From Mobula birostris (Eukaryota), in the NCBI RefSeq assembly GCF_030028105.1, contig NC_092396.1, forward strand, positions 27,593,474 to 27,657,473: a stretch of 64,000 nt of DNA. Direction: 5' to 3'. Shown in pieces: positions 50,416-60,913 of this stretch. The translations under genes were made by a program, and so were the position numbers. The notes below the pieces were generated by a model, which was not told the origin of the DNA, searched no databases, and worked only from the letters and a program-made list of their open reading frames with translations. Every line of letters starts with the position of its first letter. Position 1 is the first letter of the stretch.

Positions 50416-52304
50416 CAGGATTCCCCCGCTATCCGAAGGTACAGCGTTCCTATCAAACGGTTCGTAAGCCGGAATGTCGTAAAGTGAATAAGCAATTACC
50501 ATTTATTAATATGGGAAAAATTTTTGAGCGTTCCCAGACCCAAAAAATAACCTACAAAATCATGCCAAATAACACATAAAACCTAAAATAACAGTAACAT
50601 ATAGTAAAAGCAGGAATGATATGATAAATACACAGCCTATATAAAGTAGAAATACTTTTCTGCACTGACTAGCACAGCAAAAATCTCATGGCAGCACTCT
50701 CAGCAGAAACACGGCGCAAGCACTCTTGGCAGAAACGCTCTCTCCAGTAACCTTTAAGCTATGAAGCTGCCAAATCATACCAAATAACACATAAAAATAC
50801 ACAGCTTATATAAAGTAGAAATAATGTATATACAGTAGCCAGTCTTACTATTGCCGTATTTATTGTTGATGGTTTGAAGCCTTTAAAATCGTTCACTACT
50901 TAGGGACACAGTTTCCTCCAAACGCCATTTCTCATCAAGACTGTTAGCCTATTGACAGCATCTCTAATGTTGGCGATTGCCAATCTTATATTGTATTCTT
51001 TCCAGATCTCTCGCAAAGACGCTTTGGAGTTGCCCTCTCTGTCGATGGTACTTACAATAAAACGCATCACATTTTGCGTATAGTAAGCCTCAATTGCAGC
51101 TATTAGGCCTTGGTCACACGGCTGCAGCAACGATGTCGTATTCGACGGTGAGAACGCAACACGAATGTTACCGCCATACTCGGTAACGTCTGGTGGATGA
51201 GCAGCACAATTATCGCCAATCACAAGACACCTATTATCGAGGTTATTTTCTCTACAGTATTTTTCAGCAAAAGGACTAACATATCCACTCATGTACTCAG
51301 AAAAAAGCACTTGGATACTTCAACCACTTGGATGTGAACAGAACACAACGGGAAGTGTTTTATCAACGCCTTTAAGTGCCTTCGTATTTTCTGAATGGTA
51401 CACTAGTAGAAGCTTAAGGACAGCATCACCAGTGGTGTTAATAATAGGCATTAGGGTAAACCTGTCCTTCGATGCCTTGTGTCCCCTAGCCTGCTTTTCT
51501 TCTATCGATTTTTTTTCCAATAAATTGCAGTTTCATCTCAGTTAAGCACTTGCTTATACGAATAACCACCTTCTGTAATTATTTTCTTCAGTTCTGCTGG
51601 GAACTTTTCGGCAGCTTCAATATCAGCTGAAGCACTCTCTCCAGTAAACGCTAAACTATGAAGCTGCCCTCGCCTCAGAAACCCATCAAACCACCCATGA
51701 CTACCTTTAAATTCCACTTTCGCAACACTTTCATCACCATCGTCCACAGCTTTCTGTTTCAGCTTATTAAAAAGACTGACTGATTTCTCCTTAAGTATAA
51801 GAAAACTTAACGGAACACCACGCTTTGTACACCCATCAATCCACTCAAGCAATAGACTTTCCATTTTATCCATTATTGGATGCCGACTAAGAGAGACCAC
51901 TTTGCTACGAGCAGAACCAACAGTAACATCGGCAGCTTTCAAAATTCTTTCTTTCTGCATATAAATAGTGCGAATGGTGGATGCAGGGAAGTTCAACGTG
52001 CAGACAATGTTCACCACGACTGAAACGCTTAATTATGTCTAGTTTTACGCTAAGTGTAACACCCTTACGAGCTCTTTAAGGCTTTTCTGATACCTTAGAA
52101 CTCATCTTGCTAACAGATGCACAAAATAAATTGAGATAAAGCACGTGTTTAAGCAATGCCGGCTAGAATGCAGTTCCAGGGGAGGAGCTGCCTTTTTTCG
52201 TAACAGTGAAAACACCTTCTGTTAGCAAAAACAGGTAACTAATGTAGGTCTTTCGTAACAGCAAGGTGTCATAAAGCGAACGCTCGGAAAACGGGGGCCA
52301 CCTG
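50416..52304 (-). mobile_element. pogo/Tigger-family transposon, defective
   Basis: TA|caggattcccccgct ... acgggggccacctg; CENP-B-like HTH (FKGSHGWF) and DDE relic (KASKDRFT, DNCAAHP, NTTSLLQPCDQG). Confidence 0.92.
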
Positions 52305-55300
52305 TGCCGACACTGGAGAGGGTTCAGAGAAGATTCACAAGAATGATTCCAGGGATGAAAGGGTCACCATATGAAGAATGTCTGGGAGCTCTTGGGCTGT
52401 ATTCCTAGAGTTCAGGAGAATGGGGGGGGGGGGGGGGGAATCTCAAAGAAACATTCTAAATGTTAAAAGGCCTGAACATATTAGATATGTCAAAATTATT
52501 TCCCATGTTAGGGGCGTCTAGGACAAGAGGGCACGACTTCAGGATTGAAGGTCATCCGTTTAGAACTGCGATGCAGAGAAATTATTTTAGTCAGAGGATG
52601 GTAAATCTGTGGAATTTGTTGCCACGAGCGGCCGTGGAGGCCAAGTCATCGGTTGTATTTAAGGCAGAGATAGATAGGTTCTTGATTAGCCAGGGCATCA
52701 AAGGCAGGGGAGTGGGGATGACTGGAAGAATTGGATCAGCCCATGATTGAATGGCCAAGCAGACTTGATGGGCAGAATGACCTACTTCTGCTCCTATATC
52801 TTATGGTCTCATGGTTCAATATCCATTTAGGAATCGGATGGCAGAGAGGAAGAAGCTGTTCCTGAATCGCTGAGTGTGTGCCCTCAGGCTTCTGTACCTC
52901 CTACCCAACGGGAAGGGCATGCCCTGGGTGCTAGAGGACCTTAATACTGGATGCTACCTTTCTGAGACACCACTCCTTGAAGATGTCCTAGGTACTCAAA
53001 ATGGAGCCGACTAAATTTACAATCCTCTGCAGCTTCTTTCCATCCTGTGCAGTGCCCTCTCCATACCAGACAGAATGCTCTCCACGGTACAACTCTAGAA
53101 GTTTTTGAGTATTTGTTGACATACCAAATCTCTTCAAATTCCTAATGAAGCATAGCTGCTGTCTTGCCTTCTTTATAACTCGATATGTTGGGACCAGGTT
53201 AGATCCTCAGAGATCTTGACTCCCAGGAACTTGAAACTGCTCACTCTCTCCACTTCTGATCCCTCTATGAAGATTGGTATGTGTTCCTTCATCTTACCCT
53301 TCCAGAAGTCTGAAATCAGCTCTTTCGTCTTACTGATGTTGAGTGCCAGATTGTTGCTGTGACACCACTCCACCAGTTTGCACATCTTACTCCTGTACAC
53401 TCTCTCGTAACCACCTGAAATTCTACCAACAATTGTTGTATTGTCTGCAAATTTATAGATGATATTTGAGCTATGCCTAGCCACACAGTCATGGATATAT
53501 AGAGAGTAGAGCAGTGGGCTAAGCACATAGCCCCGAGGTACACCAGTGTTGATCGTCAGTGAGGAGGAGATGTTATCACCAATCCACACAGAATGTGGTA
53601 TTCCAGTTAGGAAGTCAAGGATCCAATTGCAGAGGGAGGTACGGAGGCCTTGGTTCTGCAACTTCTCAATCAGGATTGTGGGAATGATGGTATTAAATAT
53701 TGAGCTATAGTCAATGAACAGCATCCAGATATAGGTGTTTGTGTTGTCCAGATGGTCTAAAGCCGTGTGAAGAGCCATTGAGATTGCATCTGCTGTTGAC
53801 CTATTGTGGCGATAGGCAAATTGCAATGGGTCCAGGTCCTTACTGAGGCAGGAGTCCAATCTAGTCATGACCAACCTCTCAAAGCATTTCATCACTGTAG
53901 ATCTAAGTACTACCAGGTGATAGTTATTAAGGCAACTCACATTATTCTTCTTAGGCACTGGTATAATTGTTGCCTTTTTGAAGCAGCAGGAACTTCCACC
54001 CGTAGCAGTGAGAAGTTGAAAACGTCCTTGAATACTCCCACTAATTGGTTGGCCAGGTTATCAGAGCCATCCGGACCTTCTGCATTGCGAGGGTTCACTC
54101 TCTTTAAAGACAGCCTAACATCAGCCTCTGAGACAGAGATCACAGTGTCATCAGGTGCAGTAGGGATCTTCACAGCTGTAGTTGTATTCTCCCTTTCAAA
54201 GCGGGCATAGAAGACGTTGAGTTCATCAGGTAGTGAAGTATCGCTGCTATTTATGCTATTGGGTTTCTCTTCGTAGGAAGTAAGAGCTTGCAAATCCTAC
54301 CAGAGCTGTCAGGCATCCGATGTCGCCTCCAACCTTGTTCGAAATTGTCTCTTCACCTTTGAAATCGCCCTCCGCAAATCATACCTGATTTTCTGGTACA
54401 GACCTGGGTCGCTAGACTTGAATGTCACAGATCTAGCCTTCAGCAGATGATGTACCTCTTGGTTCATCCATGGCTTTTGATTTAGGAATGTACAGTAAGT
54501 CTTTGAAGACGCACACTCATCCACACAGGTTTTAATGAAGGCGGTAACAAATGCAGCATACTCATCCAAGTTCGAAGATGAGTCCCTGAATAGTCCAGTC
54601 GACCGATTCAAAGCAGTCCTGTAGGTGCTCCTGTGCTTCCCTTGTCCATACCTTCTAGGTCCTCACTACTGGTGTTGCAGTCTTCGGTCTCTGCCTATAC
54701 TTAGGGAGTAGAAGTACAGCCAGGTGATCAAACTTCCTGAAATGAGGGCGTGGAATAGCACGGTTGGCATTCTTGATGGTGGTGTAGCAATGGTCCAGTG
54801 TGTTGTTTCTTCTGGTATTGCAAGTGATCTGTTGATGGTAATTGCTTAGTGATTTTTTTCAAACTGACCTGGTTAAAATCTCCAAAAACAATGGTGAGGG
54901 CATTAGGGTGCGCTATTTCGTGCATATTGATTCCATTGCTTAGATCATCTAAAGCCTGATTGACATCAGCCTGAGGTGGAATGTATACTGCTACCAAAAT
55001 GACCCTGGGAAACTCTCGTGGTAGGTAAAAAGCCATCACAGCTTCCATTTTTCAATACTCTAGCTGTAGCACGAGCATGATCTCCCTCCCTTATGTTCAG
55101 TACTTCGACAATAAAGGGAAGTATTCATAGTGATTTCTTTAACTTTCCTATTGCCAAGGAAATGTTGACATATATTACAGGATCACTGTCTTCCTCTGTC
55201 CTTATCAGTATTTTACCATTTACGGGGTAGCTGAATGTCTTGTCTGCTTTCAACTAATGTATTACTTCACATTTGTCTAGATTAAATATAATTTAGAATT

Positions 55301-56184
55301 TTTCTTCCTATTTTTCCATCTAGTTCACTTTTCGGATAATAGTTTGATATCCAATTAATTATTAACAATTAAACTGGTTCAGAATTATTATTTTAAATTT
55401 GGGCCATTTGAGAACTAGGAGCCAGCATAATTTAGCAAGGAACTGATTGTGGCAAAAGGCAATCAATACACAAAATACATGAGAGTTTTGGATGAGATAA
55501 AGTTCAAGTGGGTGAGAGGTAAGACAATGGCAAGAAGAACTTGATATTATTGCATTCGGAGCCAGCACGCTCCTTAATTTGGTTCACAATAGCAGATGAG
55601 CCAAGACACAGGGAAGAGACTTTAGGAAGGTGGGCTATGCATCTTGCTAAAGGCAAATAGAACAGCACTGTAGCCAATGGCATGCTCTGGGCAAAGGGGC
55701 AGAAGTAGTACTAGCAACATTAATCTTTTCCTGCATATGAGCAAAAACATTAAGCATAGAATTCACAGTTATGAATGTCTGATACTGAAAGAAAATGCTC
55801 AGGTGTTCAACCCAATTTGTTCTGATGTGCAATCAACACTGTCATTTAGAATACAAAACTGTGGGTCAATAAGGCCAAAGCATTTAAAAACTGTAGATGT
55901 CATTGTGTTGTTATACTTCAGTATGGAATCTGCAAGAATACTCAAACAGACTGACAATACTAATTACTTTGATTACAAAAATAACATTTAAAAAAAACAC
56001 TAAACAGAACGCTAAGACTGAAAGAGCAGAGTATTGTCAGGGTTGAAAAGAGCGAAAAAAATAAGTAAATTGGTAAGCAAGCAAACTCAGTTTGGGTTTA
56101 AAATCCTGTAACCTTATAGAAAGAAAGCAAAAGAGATAAATAAATTCACTTTTTGAGGTTGTTGGAAATCCTGCCTGACAGGTA

Positions 56185-56585
56185 TGCATTTTAAAGAAAG
56201 ATGTGGATGTAATTAGTGCACCTCACTTCCCTTTTAGAGTATTCCAAGGTGTTTTGCAAGCCATGACTCCTGGGTGTAGTCACTGCGGTTACAGGAGAAA
56301 TACAGCTGCCAATTTGCATACAACACACTCCATTAAAACACGTTTTAACAATAACAAGACATGGTACTTGTTGATTAATACTAAGAAATGAATAACTATT
56401 AGTCAAGAGACGAGAGTTAACTACATACTTATTTTTTTTTCAAAATCACAGATTTCAAGTGCCTAAAGAAAAGATAGATTGAATCTCTGTTTAAAGACAT
56501 GCCTGACAATGCAACAGTCCCTCGGTTCAGCAATGGAGTATAATCTTAGATTTGTGCTCAATCTCTGGAGTGAGATTTTAATCTA
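56185..56585 (-). mobile_element. Decayed DeuSINE/SacSINE1-like SINE
   Basis: gtgtagtcactg...cagctgccaatttgcatacaac body and cctgacaatgcaacagtccctc...tgtgctcaatctctggagtg head, matching the recalled consensus. Confidence 0.55.
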
Positions 56586-56884
56586 GAATTGAAATGCAGC
56601 TAAAATTCAGAACAATTTAGAAAATCTAAATACTGCTATCAAGATCGATTAATCCACAGCACAAATTTCATCCATTCATACAAATGAGTAATTCTGAATA
56701 TTTATTTCTACTGAAGCTTTCTGCAAGATTTATCTCACCACGAGGCTGTTAAAGTTTGTGACATAGTGTATTTACAGTAGTGATGCAATTGATCGCTTAT
56801 GACACATAACCATTGAGAATTAATGGCGCAAATGTCAGAAAATCGTATGATCTGGCTCAATATAGAAACCGGTATCAGACTTAC

Positions 56885-57015
56885 AATGAATTCTCCCACC
56901 AACAGCTGATCGATGGTTTGCCTGATCTCCACCTTCGTTTGCATCTTGAGCTTATTGTATTGTCTTCTAGCAGCTTCTGCCACGCGTAGCTCTAGTTGTG
57001 ATTGGTAACCAAAGC
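56885..57015 (-). CDS. VPS13D: VPS13D coding exon (approx. exon 17), 131 nt, phase 1/0
   Basis: ttttggtag|GC ... ATT|gtaagt; encodes GFGYQSQLELRVAEAARRQYNKLKMQTKVEIRQTIDQLLVGEFI; phases match both neighbours. Confidence 0.95.
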
Positions 57016-57134
57016 CTACCAAAATGGATGAAAAATTCCACACAATTTTTCAAAAGCAGAAATCTGTAGGCACCTGAGTCCTAGATCTAGATCCTATACA
57101 TTTTCCAAAAAGAACTAACTTACTTTTGCAAGTA

Positions 57135-57915
57135 CTGGTTGAGTACCTATAATCCAAAATGCTTGGGGCCAGAAGCATTTTAGATTTTGGAATATATAAT
57201 AAGATAACTTGGGATCACCATCATTTAAAACTCTGAAATTTACGTGCTACCAGTACACAATCTTTGTCTCACCCTTACTCATCACACATATGAACTTAAC
57301 AGTAAACATTACATACTATGAATATAATGAAAATGTGTGTGCAGGGTAACAAAAAGCAGCACAGCAGCATCAGGAGAATACTTGATCAGTTGTTGAACAA
57401 CATACAAACAATGGCAGGCTTTCATTCTCCACCTTTTGATTAAAAGCCATTACACTGTATTTGAATTTTTTTTTAAGGATTGTAGACTTGTTCTGGTGTT
57501 AGATTTTCATTAGTGGCTCTTTAAAAAAATTATTGTCATGTCTTTTCTTAAATTTCTGCATCCAGACTGCTGAATATACACAATTACCTACAATTTTAAG
57601 TTCCTCATGATAGATCATTGCTTGTTTCATGATCAACATACCATTAAGAAGTACATGTTCACTCTGACGATACATGATTGAGATCTTCATTTTTCACTTT
57701 ATGCAGTGTTTTTCTATTTTTCATTAACTTCTGTTCAAACTTACGTGAAGTCATTTCTCAGATCTGTCTGCGATGCGCAGAGACCTGTGCATCACCTGGG
57801 AACCTTCCCAGCACCCTGTGGAATTTTCGATTTGTGAAGTTATGTCATCACTCAAAAAATTTGGATTTCAGAGGCTTTTGGATTTTGGAATTTCAGATAA
57901 GGGGTACTCAACCTG
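57135..57915 (-). mobile_element. Tigger4/Zombi (MER46)-like pogo deletion derivative
   Basis: TA|ctggttgagtacc ... ggtactcaacctg TIRs; relic peptide SEHVLLNGMLIMKQAMIYHEELKIVGNCVYSAVWMQKFKKRH. Confidence 0.85.
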
Positions 57916-57944
57916 TGTTAATGCTATCCTATGTGACCACACAG

Positions 57945-57978
57945 TAAGAATTGCTTACATATAAGAATTGCTTACATA
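57945..57978. repeat. 17-bp perfect tandem duplication (taagaattgcttacata x2)
   Basis: Directly visible. Confidence 0.9.
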
Positions 57979-58904
57979 TAACAAAAGTTGTTAAACATCG
58001 CTTAGGATATTCAAATAATACTTGCATTTATAAGGTTTTTTTTAACATGTTTTAAAGACCACAGTAACAGAATACCACAAAAGACACTCCAAGGAAGCAA
58101 GGAAAATCAAACAAAGGAAACTTTGATCAAAGAAACTGTTTTTAAGCGGAGTCTTAATCTAAGGAATTTCATGGTGCGGGTTCTGAAGCAATTGAAATGC
58201 AGCAAAGACTGAAGTAACTAAGTCCACATTGAAGAGGCTGAGGAGATTACAGTAACAGGAATTTAAAGGGGAGGATGAGGTTGAAGTTTGAAGATGGGTT
58301 CAAATTAGATGAACTATAGCTAACAGGCCAGTGAAAACTGGATGAAGGAGGAAACCAAGAGAGTGTTATTAATGAGCTGCAATTAGTAGAGGGTGGAAAC
58401 TTACAAGAACAGCTCAAATTATTGAAAGAATCAATAACAGTATCAACAGGAATTGGGATGAAGTCAGGGCTGGAGACATTATAGAAGTGAAAATATACAG
58501 TATGATTTGTGCATTGAGCAAATATGCAATTGAAAATGATATTCATGCTCAAGTCAGCAAGGCTGTCAAAAGTCTGGTTTAGTCAAAGTGGTTGGTGGGA
58601 AGATATAAAATACTGCCAAGTGTAAAGAATTTGTGACTATGACTAATAGTAATGGTTTTGATCTTAGCCACTTTTGCAGAGGAGAAGTTTGTAGCTCAAA
58701 ACTAAGAATCAGATTACAATCATAAGTGTCTATACAGATGGTGTTGGGAACGGGGAAGAGAGAGAGCTGAATATTAGTACCATACAATGAAATACACATA
58801 AAACTCAGTGTTGCCTTTGTGTAAGAGTAGATTAGTGGGAACCATTATAGCTTTGACATCAATCCTGTTGTGCCAACATTTCAGTTGATACTAATGTTCT
58901 CCTG

Positions 58905-58962
58905 CAGGGGTATCCAACCTGGGGTCCATAGACCATGGTATAATAAATGTTGGGAACCCCTG
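58905..58962. mobile_element. 58-bp hAT-type MITE relic
   Basis: caggggtatccaac ... gttgggaacccctg; flanks ttctcctg and gtctactg (6/8 match, decayed TSD). Confidence 0.6.
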
Positions 58963-59329
58963 GTCTACTGCAATATTGATGGATACAATAGTATGGATAT
59001 ATGGTAGTTGATCCAGCAGACATTGGTTTGTTACGGACATCTTCACAATCCCTTGCTTGGGAATTACATAATCTAATGGGTGCCAGAGAAGACAGCGTTC
59101 CTCTTCAGGTTTCCCATCAGTCAGTACTTAGTAGTTCTTTAAAATGGCCAACTTCTGCCTGTTGCATCTCATAGCAAGTGAACATCAGTGTCAAGGTGCT
59201 CCAGCTCCTGAATTATGAAATTCGACAGGCAAATGTTAGATTCTTTGTTGATGGAATGGTTCACAAGGCATCTAGCACGAGTTATGCGTGGGCTTAAGCA
59301 AAATAGCTTTTGTCCATTACCCTTCCTAA

Positions 59330-60165
59330 GTAAATTTATTATCAAAGTACCTTGAGAATTATTTTCTTACAGGAAAATGAAAAAATACAATAGAATTTGT
59401 GGAAAAACTATAAATAAATAAAGTTTGACAAACAACTAATGCACAAAAGACCATTTGTGCAATACTGAAAACATGAGTTGCAGAGTCCTTGAAAGTGAAT
59501 CTGCAGGTTGTGGATTCGAAGTCGTGGTGGGTGAAGTTATCCACAACAATTCAGGGCCATGATAATTTTAGGGTAATAACTGGTCCTAAACCTGGTGGCG
59601 TGTGACTTTAGACTCCTGTACCTCCTACTTGATGGTAATAGCGAGAAAAGAAAATGGTGGGGGTCCTTGATGCTGCTTTCTTGTGGCAGCACTCCTTGTA
59701 AATGCACTCAGTGGTAGGTGGGCTTTGTGTATGACGGACTAGGCTGTACCACTTCCTGTAGATTTTTCCATTCCTGGTAATTGGTATTTCCATACCAGGC
59801 TGTGATGCAATCAGTTAGGATACCACTGTACACCTATAGAAGCTAGTCAAAGTTTTAAGTGACATACTGAATCGAAGCAAATTTCAAAGAAAGTAGTGGT
59901 GCTGCTATGCCTTCTTTCAGAGGGCAGTTAAGTGCTGCTCAGGACAGATCACCTGATAATAATGATGCCAAGTTACTGACCCTCTCTATCTGCGATCCCT
60001 AATGTGGACTGACTCATAGACCTTTGGCTTCTTCTTCCTGTAGTCAATAATCAGCTCTTGTTTTGCTGAAGTTGAGTGACAGAATGTTGTTATAGCAACA
60101 TTCAACCAGAGTTTCAATCTCTCTCCATTATGCAGATTCATCACCACCTTTGATTCAGCCAATGG
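59330..60165 (-). mobile_element. Older Rex1/Babar-like LINE 3' fragment
   Basis: Decayed but collinear with 34050-34700 (ELIIDYRKK; gactcctgtacctcctacttgatggtaa). Confidence 0.7.
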
Positions 60166-60261
60166 TTCCATCTGTATTTTGGCCCATAATCCTGAAGTAC
60201 ACTTTAACTTAACCTCCACTGGCTAATGAATGATTACTTTTAAATTTACTTTTCTACGAAC

Positions 60262-60441
60262 CTGAGGTATGCACTTTGCCCTTGTAGAAAAAATCAGCAA
60301 CTTTCTTGATCACTAAAGGGTTATAGATGATGTTGAGGGGTCGAGTGCTGACTTCCAATCTTCTCTCATAGTTACTGCATACTGGATTTTTCTCATAGAT
60401 CATTTCAAATACTGGTGGCAACTTACATGGAGAATAAAAAG
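60262..60441 (-). CDS. VPS13D: VPS13D internal coding exon (approx. human exon 16), 180 nt, phase 1/1
   Basis: Acceptor ttcacag|CT, donor TCAG|gttcgt; encodes PPVFEMIYEKNPVCSNYERRLEVSTRPLNIIYNPLVIKKVADFFYKGKVHTS, recognisable as VPS13D. The 5' boundary is slightly less certain than the 3'. Confidence 0.9.
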
Positions 60442-60589
60442 CTGTGAAGTACAATAAACAAAATTAGATTAATTAAAAATGTATTTTCTGGTAATATGTC
60501 ACTCATAATTTTCCTCTAGCATCAGTGCTTTCTCATCATTGAATATGAGTATATGTCCTTACTGAATAGCAAGATACAAAATTCTGAAG

Positions 60590-60912
60590 GAAAGAAAAGA
60601 ATCTGCAAAAGCAGACATCTGGAACAAAATACAGAATGCTGCAAGTCAGTGGATCAAGTAGCATCAACAGAGGCAAAAGGTTTAAGTCAAAGTTTGGGTG
60701 GAGACTCTGTATCAGAATTGAGAGGGAAAAGGATAGGCAGATTAAAGCAGTATGGGGAAAGGGTAGGACAGAGACTGGAAACCACATGGGGAAGGGACAA
60801 TGGGAAGATGAAAACAGGTGGAGGGGCATGTGTTAACTGAAATTGGATGGGTCAATGCTCATACCATTGCTTTCGAGTTACCAAAATAGAATACAAGATA
60901 TTGTCCCTTCAG
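60590..60912 (-). mobile_element. Decayed Penelope-like terminal fragment
   Basis: The minus strand reads ctgatacagagtctccacccaaactttgac, followed by the family tail. Confidence 0.55.
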
Positions 60913-60913
60913 T

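Larger units (their letters stand above)
46247..52815 (+). mobile_element. CR1/HER1-like LINE ORF2 relic (EN to 3' tail), interrupted by three DNA transposons
   Basis: SLWVELRN, IVGDFN, YLDFQKAFDK, SGVPQGSVLG, KFDDDT, NLWNLLP; tail tcttatggtctcatggt. Confidence 0.92.
46228..55032 (-). mobile_element. Rex1/Babar-like LINE (EN and RT relic at 52813-55032, isolated 3' tail at 46228-46246) split by a nested CR1
   Basis: 261-aa RT ORF at 53173-53958; EN motif FYLPREF...VAVYIPP; the tail atcagaatcagaatcaggt is identical to that of the 33812 copy. Confidence 0.85.

Noticed and set aside
52422-52438. G17 run (and the C-rich run at about 13709-13733) as functional G-quadruplexes
   Set aside because: Simple homopolymer expansions, prone to sequencing error, with no supporting context.
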